The notes beneath the pieces are model-generated. The model saw only the letters and a program-made list of their open reading frames with translations, had not been told where the DNA came from and did not search any database. Made by a program: the position numbers and the translations under genes. A stretch of DNA of 63,894 nucleotides, the filler included. It is 6 parts of 6 records of this genome, joined end to end, with 100 filler letters (N's around TTAATTAATTAA, not from the genome) between each part and the next. Parts side by side here need not be neighbours in the genome. Positions count along the whole stretch, not along the records: positions 25,636 to 43,510 come from DRR723986_12541; positions 43,611 to 52,949 come from DRR723986_12543; 4 more parts are not named here. One strand, given 5' to 3'. Each line of letters begins with the position of its first letter. Positions within the stretch are counted from its first letter, which is position 1. Below are positions 35,089 to 43,611 of this stretch, piece after piece.

Positions 35089-35250
35089 ATGACTTATCAA
35101 AGGCAGACCAACGAACAGGACAAGGAAGTCGTTCTGGGAGAAAAGGAAGCCAAGCAGGGCCTCGAGCTTCACGAGATGCGTTACGTCCTGGCGATCGGCA
35201 CTGCAGGCGCGGTAATCGCACTGGCGGTTGTCGGTTACATCCTGCTTTGA
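35089..35250 (+). CDS. 53-aa single-TM microprotein (not in ORF track)
   Basis: MTYQRQTNEQDKEVVLGEKEAKQGLELHEMRYVLAIGTAGAVIALAVVGYILL; GAGGT RBS, EcfG-type promoter and a downstream terminator. Confidence 0.8.
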   Translation: MTYQRQTNEQDKEVVLGEKEAKQGLELHEMRYVLAIGTAGAVIALAVVGYILL

Positions 35251-35288
35251 GTTCACCAGTCCGGAAGGGTAGAGCCCTTCGAAAGACC

Positions 35289-35332
35289 AAACAAAAGGGA
35301 CGAACCTTGAAAAGGTCGTCCCTTTTGTTTTT
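35289..35332. terminator. Bidirectional Rho-independent terminator
   Basis: AAACAAAAGGGACG...CGTCCCTTTTGTTT long inverted repeat between convergent genes. Confidence 0.85.
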
Positions 35333-35393
35333 CAGGCGAGAGGCTCAACTCCCGCTCACAGAAGGTGACCCGGCAGATCGCCGGGCAGACCGT

Positions 35394-35645
35394 TTAACGG
35401 CAAGCCGCCACATATTCACGGCCATAGGAATCGCGGTAGATACACTTGCCCGGTTCCGTTGCCCTTCCGACAAGCGCACCGGCAGCTGCGCCGACGGCGC
35501 CACCAACAAGCGCTCCGCCTGCCTTACCGGTCGTTGCAGCACCGATCGCCGCGCCTGAGGCACCACCGATCACCGCGCCTTTTTGCGTGTTGTTGCAAGC
35601 GGTCAGACCAGTCAAAGCGACCGCAACCAGCATGATTTTCCACAT
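35394..35645 (-). CDS. Glycine-zipper lipoprotein (YMGG/OsmB-like)
   Basis: Lipobox LTAC, GAVIGGASGAAIGA...GGAVGAAAGALVG, C-terminal C..RD..G..Y...C; start MWKIML. Confidence 0.85.
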   Translation of the reverse strand: MWKIMLVAVALTGLTACNNTQKGAVIGGASGAAIGAATTGKAGGALVGGAVGAAAGALVGRATEPGKCIYRDSYGREYVAACR

Positions 35646-35675
35646 GATCAACTCCCTTCGTGTTGCATTAGGCAG

Positions 35676-35700
35676 AACGGGAGAGCAGCGGAAATGTTCC
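35676..35700 (-). promoter_or_regulatory. EcfG/sigmaT-type promoter of the glycine-zipper lipoprotein
   Basis: Minus strand reads GGAAC-atttccgctgctctcc-CGTT. Confidence 0.85.
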
Positions 35701-35753
35701 AGAAAAAGATGGGAAACTGCCGCCAAGACCAACGCAGAGATCCGTCGTACGGA

Positions 35754-35778
35754 GGAACTTCTGTCAGTCTCGAACGTT
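35754..35778 (+). promoter_or_regulatory. EcfG/sigmaT-type promoter of the 82-aa protein gene
   Basis: GGAAC-ttctgtcagtctcgaa-CGTT. Confidence 0.85.
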
Positions 35779-35845
35779 TGCCCGGTATCGGGCAGCCGGA
35801 GATCCTGCAGAGGATCTCCGGCTGCCACTTACAGGAGGATCCGAC

Positions 35846-36094
35846 ATGACTGACAGGACCAGGGACGAGATCGCCCGTATTCTGAAAGACAACACGCGCA
35901 GCAAGGCTGATCGCGTAGACGAGCTTCTGCGGATGCGAGAGGACGCACGCGCCCTGCAACGGGCGGCTACGGAAAGCCCGATGGGTAACGAAACCCCGGA
36001 TTCGTCGGGCCTTCGGGACATCGACAGGGCATTGGAGCGCCTCGGCCATAGCGACCTGACCGAGGCTGAGGAAAACAGTGCCGCAACCCTTTGA
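35846..36094 (+). CDS. 82-aa hypothetical helical protein
   Basis: Strong AGGAGG RBS, dedicated EcfG-type promoter, hairpin GCCCTTCCAG...CTGGAAGGGC downstream. Confidence 0.75.
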   Translation: MTDRTRDEIARILKDNTRSKADRVDELLRMREDARALQRAATESPMGNETPDSSGLRDIDRALERLGHSDLTEAEENSAATL

Positions 36095-36200
36095 CCGGCG
36101 ACCTTGCCCGGCCCTTCCAGCCCGGCCTGGAAGGGCGAAACGTTGAAGTTGCCGGCAAGAAAACCTATCTCTAAAGGCGAACACAAGCACAGGCGGCCCC

Positions 36201-36575
36201 ATGAACACCACCTTTGAAGACCTTGGCTTTGACCCCGAGATCCTCGGTCCGGAGGAAGAGCAGAAGAAGACGATCCGTCAGAAATTGATGACGACGGTCC
36301 GCAAGGCCGCGCGTCAGGTGCCGTTCATGGAAGATGTCGTCGCCGGCTATTTCTGCGCGCTCGATCCCTCGACACCCAGCAAGGTACGGGCCACCGTCCT
36401 CGCATCGCTGGCGTATTTCGTGCTGCCTTTGGATGTAATTCCAGACTTTCTGATCGGCATCGGCTTCGGCGATGACGCGACCGTGCTTCTGGCCGCCCTC
36501 GCGATGATCCGCAGCCACATGCGGCCGGATCACTACCAGGCTGCAAAGGATGCCTTGAAGGACGGTGAAATCTGA
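36201..36575 (+). CDS. YkvA/DUF1232 family protein
   Basis: D..TP...A....LAYFVLP.DVIPDF..GIGFGDD. Confidence 0.9.
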   Translation: MNTTFEDLGFDPEILGPEEEQKKTIRQKLMTTVRKAARQVPFMEDVVAGYFCALDPSTPSKVRATVLASLAYFVLPLDVIPDFLIGIGFGDDATVLLAALAMIRSHMRPDHYQAAKDALKDGEI

Positions 36576-36583
36576 CCGCCTTT

Positions 36584-37051
36584 CTAGGGGTGGTCGCGTC
36601 CGGGCTGATCGTCTTGTGCCGGCTTGTGCATCACTTGACCGGCCGCTTTGGTTCCGTGCCAGCAGCCTGACGTTCTCCCGGCAATCAGCCAGTAAATTCC
36701 ACCACCGATAAATCCGGCCGCCAGTGCAACCGCACTTCCCGGCCGGAAGGTACTGTCCACGGCTTCGGCTCCAAGTGTCCAGACCGCAAAGGCGATCACC
36801 CCGGCGGCACCGACGTGAAACAGGAAACTGCGCAGCCGTGCAGCTTCGGCCAGAACGATTGCAACGGCAGCCGGGGCCAGGGCCGTGGCACCGACCACAC
36901 TTGCACCCACGAGACCGCTTCCGACCATGGTTGCAAAGGCAATCGGATCGGCTTCGGGATGCCCGGCCCGGAAAAAGCCCCAGGCAAGGAACAGGCCGCT
37001 CGCCAGCACCGCGAAGATGAAACCGAACGCGATCCTGAGAAGCTGCAACAT
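36584..37051 (-). CDS. Hypothetical membrane protein
   Basis: Four hydrophobic segments, AGFIGGGIYWLIAGRTSG motif. Confidence 0.7.
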   Translation of the reverse strand: MLQLLRIAFGFIFAVLASGLFLAWGFFRAGHPEADPIAFATMVGSGLVGASVVGATALAPAAVAIVLAEAARLRSFLFHVGAAGVIAFAVWTLGAEAVDSTFRPGSAVALAAGFIGGGIYWLIAGRTSGCWHGTKAAGQVMHKPAQDDQPGRDHP

Positions 37052-37383
37052 GAATTTCCCGCCGTCCAAACCGCTGTCCTTCCTTGATATGCGCGAGCTG
37101 ACTGCTTACTTGACCATCTGCCGGTCGGATTGCAACCTTCCAGAACCGGCAGTTGCCCGACTGGCCATGATCAGGCCAGCCGGAGCCTTAGCCCCTGAAA
37201 ATGTGACCCGGCATGTCGAAAACGGTGTTTTCGCTTGACTTTTTGCCGGTTTCGCAAGACGTTGGGGGATGGCGTTAGGCCATATCCATCTCAGCACCTT
37301 GGTACCAGCGTTCCGAGGATTTTTGTGCATGGAGCATATCAAAGCCCTAGCGCCACGTTGAAACGAAAGAGGAGTTTGCGACC

Positions 37384-37923
37384 ATTCGCCGTCCGTTCCG
37401 CGCCCCGCCTCCTACGAAGGAAGGCCCGCGCACAAACCACGAAATTCGCGTTCGCGAAGTCCAGTTGATTGATCATGAAGGCGCCAACCGTGGCGTCATC
37501 CCGACAGAAGAGGCGATGGGCATCGCCATGGATGCCGGGTTGGATCTTGTTGAAATCCAGCCGAACGCAAATCCGCCTGTCTGCAAGATCCTGGACTATG
37601 GCCGGTACAAGTACCAGGCTCAGAAGAAAGCAGCAGAAGCCCGCAAGAAACAGAAGACCGTCGAGATCAAGGAGATCAAGATGCGTCCGAACATCGACAC
37701 CCACGACTACGAGGTGAAGATGAAGAGCATGTTGCGGTTCTTTGGCGAAGGCGACAAGGTGAAGGTCACACTCCGTTTCCGGGGCCGCGAAATGGCCCAC
37801 CAGGACCTGGGCATGAACCTGCTCAACAAGGTCCGTGAGGAAACCAACGAAATCGCCAAGGTTGAATCCGCGCCGAAGCTTGAAGGCCGCCAGATGGTTA
37901 TGGTTCTGGCTCCGATCAAGTAA
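37384..37923 (+). CDS. infC: Translation initiation factor IF-3, ATT start
   Basis: AGGAG RBS at 37370, ATT at 37384 in frame ([30 protein letters not shown]), [16 protein letters not shown]. Confidence 0.96.
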   Translation: MRRPFRAPPPTKEGPRTNHEIRVREVQLIDHEGANRGVIPTEEAMGIAMDAGLDLVEIQPNANPPVCKILDYGRYKYQAQKKAAEARKKQKTVEIKEIKMRPNIDTHDYEVKMKSMLRFFGEGDKVKVTLRFRGREMAHQDLGMNLLNKVREETNEIAKVESAPKLEGRQMVMVLAPIK

Positions 37924-37946
37924 GCTTCATCGCGTTTTGAATGTCC

Positions 37947-37980
37947 GAAAACCCCGCTCCGGCGGGGTTTTCTCGTTTTC
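37947..37980 (+). terminator. Rho-independent terminator after infC
   Basis: GAAAACCCCGC-tccg-GCGGGGTTTTC followed by T-rich sequence. Confidence 0.85.
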
Positions 37981-38022
37981 AGTCGGCAGAACAACTCATT
38001 TCCTCAAAAATCCCGTCCGGCA

Positions 38023-38049
38023 TGTCACATCCAGCGCCGCTGTCTTGTC
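38023..38049 (+). promoter_or_regulatory. ECF41-type promoter
   Basis: TGTCACA-N16-TGTC, one mismatch to the ECF41 consensus TGTCACA-N16-CGTC, upstream of the flavodoxin-ECF41 pair. Confidence 0.75.
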
Positions 38050-38086
38050 ATTACCTGCGAACACCACGTGTGCGCAGGAGACGAAA

Positions 38087-38758
38087 ATGATGATGGACAA
38101 TGGGAATGCAGCAGCAGGGCTTCAGACCAAGCTTGCGAATGACCGGCAATTGATTGACGTCGCCGTCGTTTTTCACAGCCGGTATGGTCACACAGAACGT
38201 CAGGCAGCGGCTGTCAGGCAGGGCATAGAGGATGTCGACGGTGCACGCGCACTGCTTCTGACGGCCGATGAAGCCAGCACCCGCTGGAACGAACTCAATG
38301 CGGCCAGCGCAATTATCTTCGGCACGCCAACCTACGTCGGCGCAGCCTCCGCCGCCTTCAAGACCTTTCAGGAAGCCAGCTCGCAGGAAATCATGTCGAA
38401 GGGCTATCTCTGGCGAGACAAGATTGCGGCCGGCTTCACCAATTCCGGTTCGCGCTCCGGCGACAAGCTGGCGGTGCTCATCCAGTTGGCCCTGTTTGCA
38501 GCCCAGCACGGCATGCACTGGGTCAGCCTGGACCTGCCGCCAGCCAATTGTTCCTCGCAAGGATCGGAAGACGATCTCAACCGGCTCGGTTTCTGGCTCG
38601 GGGCCGCGGCACAGTCGAACACCGACGAAGGGCCGCAGACAGCTCCCCCGGCCGCGGATCTGGCAACCGCCCGCCATCTTGGCAGGCGTGTGGCGAAAAC
38701 GGCCTTGCAGTTTGCAGCCGGACGGGTGCAAGCACGGCCCGAACCGGCGTTGACGTGA
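38087..38758 (+). CDS. Flavodoxin-like/WrbA-family NAD(P)H-dependent oxidoreductase
   Basis: HSRYGHT FMN loop, GTPTY, AAGFTNSG, AQHGM.W; AGGAG RBS before ATG 38087. Confidence 0.88.
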   Translation: MMMDNGNAAAGLQTKLANDRQLIDVAVVFHSRYGHTERQAAAVRQGIEDVDGARALLLTADEASTRWNELNAASAIIFGTPTYVGAASAAFKTFQEASSQEIMSKGYLWRDKIAAGFTNSGSRSGDKLAVLIQLALFAAQHGMHWVSLDLPPANCSSQGSEDDLNRLGFWLGAAAQSNTDEGPQTAPPAADLATARHLGRRVAKTALQFAAGRVQARPEPALT

Positions 38759-38767
38759 TAGGCTGTC

Positions 38768-39673
38768 GTGATCATGACGGACACACCGGCCCTTGAAGAC
38801 GACACCGCTTTGCGCAGGCGACTGACCCGCATCGCCTACCGCATGCTGGGATCAGTCTCCGACGCGGAAGACGTGGTTCAGGAAGCCTGGCTGCGCTGGC
38901 TTGCCGCCGACCGGGAAAAGGTGCGCGAGCCTGTCGCCTTCCTGAAGACCATCGTCACACGGCTTTGCCTCAATGAATTGAAATCCGCACGCCGTCGCCG
39001 CATGTCTTATGTTGGCCCCTGGCTTCCAGAGCCCCTGCTGACGACATCAGATGCCGAAATCGCCGACGACATCACGTTGCCCGTGATGGTGGCTCTGGAG
39101 CGGCTGTCACCGCTCGAAAGGGCCGCCTTTCTGCTGCATGACGTTTTCAGCATGGGTTTCGAGGAAATTTCGACCGCCATCAACCGGGAACCGGCAGCCT
39201 GCCGCAAGCTCGCCAGTCGGGCCAGGGCAAGGCTGCAGGAAGCAAGACCACGCTTTTCCGCCACGCCGGAACAGGGCCGGAAGCTGGCGACCGCCTTCTA
39301 CGAAGCATCGCGCAGCGGCGACATGAGGAAACTCCAATCCCTGCTGGCCGAAGACATCGTCGTCTACGCCGACGGCGGCGGCAAGGTGCCTGCCACGTCA
39401 GCTCCGACATTCGGACACGAACGGTCGATGAGCCTCTTTGCGGCACTCGCCCGCTATTTCAGAAAGGCTCCGTCACGCCTGATCCGGTTTGCTGACATTG
39501 ACGGACTGCCCGGTTTTGTAACCGAGGAAGATCGCGGCATTGTCCAGACAACCGCATTGCAGATCCGGGACGGCAGGATCATCGCCGTCTATGTGACCCG
39601 CAACCCGGAAAAGCTCAGGCATCTTGGCGCAGATCAGGAGGACACGATACGTCCGCCAATTGACCTGAACTGA
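38768..39673 (+). CDS. ECF41 (SigJ-like) sigma factor with C-terminal SnoaL-like extension
   Basis: AYRMLGS..DAEDVVQE, linker YVGPWLPEP, DGGGK, RNPEKL. Confidence 0.93.
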   Translation: MIMTDTPALEDDTALRRRLTRIAYRMLGSVSDAEDVVQEAWLRWLAADREKVREPVAFLKTIVTRLCLNELKSARRRRMSYVGPWLPEPLLTTSDAEIADDITLPVMVALERLSPLERAAFLLHDVFSMGFEEISTAINREPAACRKLASRARARLQEARPRFSATPEQGRKLATAFYEASRSGDMRKLQSLLAEDIVVYADGGGKVPATSAPTFGHERSMSLFAALARYFRKAPSRLIRFADIDGLPGFVTEEDRGIVQTTALQIRDGRIIAVYVTRNPEKLRHLGADQEDTIRPPIDLN

Positions 39674-39703
39674 TCAGCACGAGTGGAAATCAGCTTCGCG
39701 GCG

Positions 39704-40294
39704 TTATCCGATCAGCCGGTTCACATCAACAACCGGCATTCCTGCGTTGTGCGCTGCCTCAAGCCCTTGATGACTGTCCTCGAACACGAGGCATTGTGCG
39801 GCTGCGACACCGAGCCGGGAAGCGGCTTCCAGGAAGAGATCCGGCGCCGGTTTGGCATGGGCAACGTCATCAATCGTGACAACCGTATCGAACAACGGCA
39901 GCAGTCCCGTCTCCTTCAACGACGCCAGCACCACTTCCTGCGGTCCACCAGAGGCGACCGCCATCGGCAACTTGCCGTGAAACCTCCGTGCAATGGCGCT
40001 TATTACCTCGATCTCGCCGACTTCACCGATCCGGGCCAATACTGCCGTGCGCATCTCCCGAACGGCCAGTGGGCGATCCACCGTAACGCCGTGCTCGGCT
40101 TCATAGTCATCAAGCAGCACATGTTCTGACATTCCCGCCCGGGCGTGGTACCAGTCCGGCTCCATATGATGACCGGCGGCCCTGAACGCGTCCTGCCAGG
40201 CACCGGCATAGAGCGTTGGTGTTTGCACCAGCGTGCCATCACAATCGAAAATCAGGGCCTGCGCCCGTTGGAGAAGCGTCTCCATTTCAGTCAT
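39704..40294 (-). CDS. HAD-family phosphatase (YqaB/beta-PGM-like)
   Basis: FDCDGTL, VASG, KPAPD, FEDS..G. Confidence 0.92.
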   Translation of the reverse strand: MTEMETLLQRAQALIFDCDGTLVQTPTLYAGAWQDAFRAAGHHMEPDWYHARAGMSEHVLLDDYEAEHGVTVDRPLAVREMRTAVLARIGEVGEIEVISAIARRFHGKLPMAVASGGPQEVVLASLKETGLLPLFDTVVTIDDVAHAKPAPDLFLEAASRLGVAAAQCLVFEDSHQGLEAAHNAGMPVVDVNRLIG

Positions 40295-41562
40295 GTCATT
40301 GGGCTTTCGATGAGAATTGCACGGAAGTCGTTGACGTTGGTGAGGGTTGGCCCCGGCACCACCTGATCGCCAAGAGCCGCGAAGAAACTGTGGCTGTCAT
40401 TGTCGCCGAGCATGGCGACCGGGTCGAGGCCAAGCGCCTCTGCACGCTCAAGGGTGCTTGGGCCAACAACCGCCCCTGCAACATCCGCCGCCCCGTCGAC
40501 ACCGTCTGTGTCACAGGCAATCCCGTAAAGACCGTCAGCTCCCTTGAGTGCGATCGCGAGAGCAAGGGCAAATTCCGCATTCGGACCTCCACAGCCCTTG
40601 CCGCGCCGCGTCACCGTGCATTCACCGCCGGACAGAAGCAGGACGGGCCGCCCACCCGGTTTCATCGCCTGCTGGCGTTCGATCGCGAGTCTCGCCTGCT
40701 GTTCAGCCACTTCGCGCGCCTCGCCTTCAATGGCGTCGCCCAGGATCTCGACTTCCATACCTTCGTCGGCTGCCAGGCTTGCCGCTGCTTCCAGCGAAAG
40801 CGATGGTGCCGCGATGATGCGGTTTTCCACCCTCGACACTCTTTCATCTTCCGGCGGCATCACTCCGGTGGCGCTGTCCAGCACAGCGAGAACAGAAGCC
40901 GGCACAGACATGCCAAAGCGTTCGATAACCGCGCGCGCGTCCGCTGGCGTCGTCCGATCGCCAACCGTCGGGCCTGAGGCAATAAAGGCCGGATCGTCAC
41001 CGGCAACATCGGAAATGATCAACGCCGTCATCCGGGCAGGATAGGCTGCCGCTGCAAGCTGGCCGCCCTTGACCAGGCTGACATGCTTGCGGACCGTGTT
41101 CATGTCGGTGATTGGCGCGCCTGATGCCAGCAGGGCTTCATTCAAGGCCTGCAGGTCAGCCAGCGAAATATCTCCGGCCGGTGCCTCCAGCAGCGCCGAC
41201 GCCCCACCTGAAATCAGCGCGATCACGTGATCCGCTTCTTCAAGCGAGGACAACAGACCGAGAAGGCGCTGTGTTGCCTGAAGCCCTCGCCCGTCCGGCA
41301 CCGGATGTGATGCCTCGACGATTTCGATCCCCCGGCAAGGCCTGGAGTAGCCGTCGCGGGTGATGACCAGTCCCTCTGAAGCCCCCCAGGCTGCTTCAAC
41401 CGCTTCGGCCATGCGTGCCGACGCCTTGCCGGCACCGATAACGACCGTCCGGCCCTTAATCCGTTCCGGCAGGAATGCGGAAACGCACTTCATCGGGTCG
41501 GCCGCTGCAACGGCCGTCTCGAACAGACGCAGCAACAGGGCCTCACGCGAACAATCTGTCAT
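40291..41562 (-). CDS. Glycerate 2-kinase (MOFRL family)
   Basis: GAGKAS, SGGASAL, ISDV.GDD...IASGPT, DTDG.DG, PGPTLTNVND. Confidence 0.92.
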   Translation of the reverse strand: MTDCSREALLLRLFETAVAAADPMKCVSAFLPERIKGRTVVIGAGKASARMAEAVEAAWGASEGLVITRDGYSRPCRGIEIVEASHPVPDGRGLQATQRLLGLLSSLEEADHVIALISGGASALLEAPAGDISLADLQALNEALLASGAPITDMNTVRKHVSLVKGGQLAAAAYPARMTALIISDVAGDDPAFIASGPTVGDRTTPADARAVIERFGMSVPASVLAVLDSATGVMPPEDERVSRVENRIIAAPSLSLEAAASLAADEGMEVEILGDAIEGEAREVAEQQARLAIERQQAMKPGGRPVLLLSGGECTVTRRGKGCGGPNAEFALALAIALKGADGLYGIACDTDGVDGAADVAGAVVGPSTLERAEALGLDPVAMLGDNDSHSFFAALGDQVVPGPTLTNVNDFRAILIESPMT

Positions 41563-42572
41563 GCATCGAGTCCCAGGGTCGATTGCCGTTTGATCAGCTC
41601 GACCGGATAATGTTTCGTGTCGGGTGGCCTGACGCCATCGACAATCCAGGCCAGCATCGCTTCAGCGGCATTGCGGCCGAACAGCGCGGTATCGCAGCGC
41701 ACCGAGCTGAGCCTGGGAAAGGCCAGTGAACATTCCTCGATATCGTCGAAGCCGATGATCCTGAAATCCTGACCAACCTTGATGCCAAGCTCGGCAAAGC
41801 CGCTCAGCATGCCAAGCGCAACCAGGTCGCTGAAACAGATCGCCGCTTCCAGGCCTTCGTGTTCCTGCAGGATCTTCAGTGCGATTTCACGGCCGAACTG
41901 CCTCGATGGCCGTCCGTGAAAAATGGTCGGCGCAAGGCCGTTCGCCTGCATCACGCTTCGATAGCCGGACATGCGCTCCAAGGTGATCGGACGATCCGCC
42001 AGACCGCCGGCAAAGGCGATCTTCTGACATCCCGTATCGATCAGGTGCCGTGTCGCAGCTTCGCCTCCAAAGGCGTAGTCATGCGAAGCGAAGGGAAACA
42101 GGTCCGTGCGCTCGTCCAGCTGGCGCAGCACCTGCATGGTGGGAATTCCGGCCCGCTCGATCCGCTCGAACGGGCTTTCGTCGCCGCCATAGGTCGGCGA
42201 TATGACGAAGGCCGACACGCCATGCTCGATCATGCTGTCGATCACCTGGGCCTGGATTTCCGGGTCCTCATCCGTATTGGCGATGACGGTCGAGTATCCC
42301 TTGCTGGCAAAGGTCATCTGCGCACTGGCGGCAAATTCGGTGAAGAAGGGGTTGCGCAGGTCGTTGATGATCAGGCCGATGAGGCCGGATGCAGCGCCCC
42401 GCAAGCCGGCAGCCGACCGGTTGTAGACATAACCAAGCTCATCAATTGCCCTGGCCACCTCTTCCCGGGTTGACTGTTTCACCAGCGACGAATTCTGGAG
42501 CACCAGCGAGACGGTCGATTTGGAAACGCCCGCCTGCCTTGCAACATCCAGAATTGTCGGCCGCTTCTTCAT
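41559..42572 (-). CDS. LacI-family transcriptional regulator
   Basis: PTILDVARQAGVSKSTVS HTH, NPFF, IIGFDD. Confidence 0.95.
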   Translation of the reverse strand: MKKRPTILDVARQAGVSKSTVSLVLQNSSLVKQSTREEVARAIDELGYVYNRSAAGLRGAASGLIGLIINDLRNPFFTEFAASAQMTFASKGYSTVIANTDEDPEIQAQVIDSMIEHGVSAFVISPTYGGDESPFERIERAGIPTMQVLRQLDERTDLFPFASHDYAFGGEAATRHLIDTGCQKIAFAGGLADRPITLERMSGYRSVMQANGLAPTIFHGRPSRQFGREIALKILQEHEGLEAAICFSDLVALGMLSGFAELGIKVGQDFRIIGFDDIEECSLAFPRLSSVRCDTALFGRNAAEAMLAWIVDGVRPPDTKHYPVELIKRQSTLGLDA

Positions 42573-42579
42573 GAAAGGT

Positions 42580-43510
42580 CTATCCGATCCCGTGCAGTTT
42601 CAGGAGCAGCCCCATGCGCTCCTCGGCGATCTCCGGCTTTGACAACAAACGCGCCTGATCCGCAAGCCGGAAGACTTCCGCATAGTGGGCAATCTCACGC
42701 GAAGACTGAAAACCGGCCGGCATGATGAAGTGGCTCTGGGCATCGTTCAGCCAGGCAAGAAACGCGATTCCGGCCTTGTAGAAGCGGGTCGGCGCCTTGA
42801 AGATTTCCCGGCTCAGCGGAACGGTTGGCGCGAAGAGCTGGTGATAGGTATCCATATCCCCTTCCGCCAATGCCTCAAGCGCCTGGCTCGCCACGGGGGC
42901 AATCGCCGCAAAGGCCCCCAGCAGAGCATGCGAATAGTGCTTGCCATCGCCGGCGATCAGATCTGCATAGTTGAAGTCATCGCCCGTATAAAGCCGCACA
43001 CCGTCAGGCAAGCGTGCACGGAAGGCTTCTTCGTGTGCCTGATCGAGCAAGGAGATCTTGATGCCGTCGACCTTGTCTGCATGGGTTTCGATGATGGCGA
43101 GGACGGCGTCGGACGCCGCCGAGACATCCTTAGCCCCCCAATAGCCTGTCAATTCCGGATCGAACATGTCGCCCAGCCAGTGCAGGATGATCGGCTCCCG
43201 CGCCTGACGGATCAGCCGGCCATAGACGTCGACGTAATCGTCCGGCCCGGCCCCGATGGCGGGAAGCGCCCGCGACGCCATCAGGATCGCCTGACCGCCT
43301 GCCGCCTCGATGGCCTCCAGCTGGACCGTATAGGCCGCAACGATGTCGTCCTTCGTCTTGAGATTTTCCAGCGGCACCTGATCGGTGCCTGCCCCGCAGG
43401 CAACACGCGGCTTCAGCGGATGCGCCTTCGCCTCTTTCATGGTGCGTTCGATGAGTTCCTTCGCCGTTGCCCAGTCAACGCCCATGCCGCGCTGCGCGGT
43501 GTCCATGGCC
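42580..43510 (-). CDS. DUF993 / dihydrodipicolinate-synthase-like TIM-barrel protein (5' truncated)
   Basis: AMDTAQRGMG, GAGTD, ILHWLGDMFDP, GIKISLLD, YTGDDFNY. Confidence 0.85.
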
Positions 43511-43610
43511 NNNNNNNNNNNNNNNNNNNNNNNNNNNNNNNNNNNNNNNNNNNNTTAATTAATTAANNNNNNNNNNNNNNNNNNNNNNNNNNNNNNNNNN
43601 NNNNNNNNNN
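43511..43610. other. Artificial contig-joining linker
   Basis: N44-TTAATTAATTAA-N44. Confidence 0.98.
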
Positions 43611-43611
43611 A

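Noticed and set aside
34740-35558. ORF-track calls 34740-35063(-), 35002-35256(-) and 35031-35558(+)
   Set aside because: No RBS or promoter support, and they cross promoters or the terminator. The two short plus-strand microprotein ORFs explain the region better.
37835-38086. N-terminal extension of the 307-aa flavodoxin ORF
   Set aside because: It overlaps infC, its terminator and the ECF41 promoter; the RBS supports ATG 38087.
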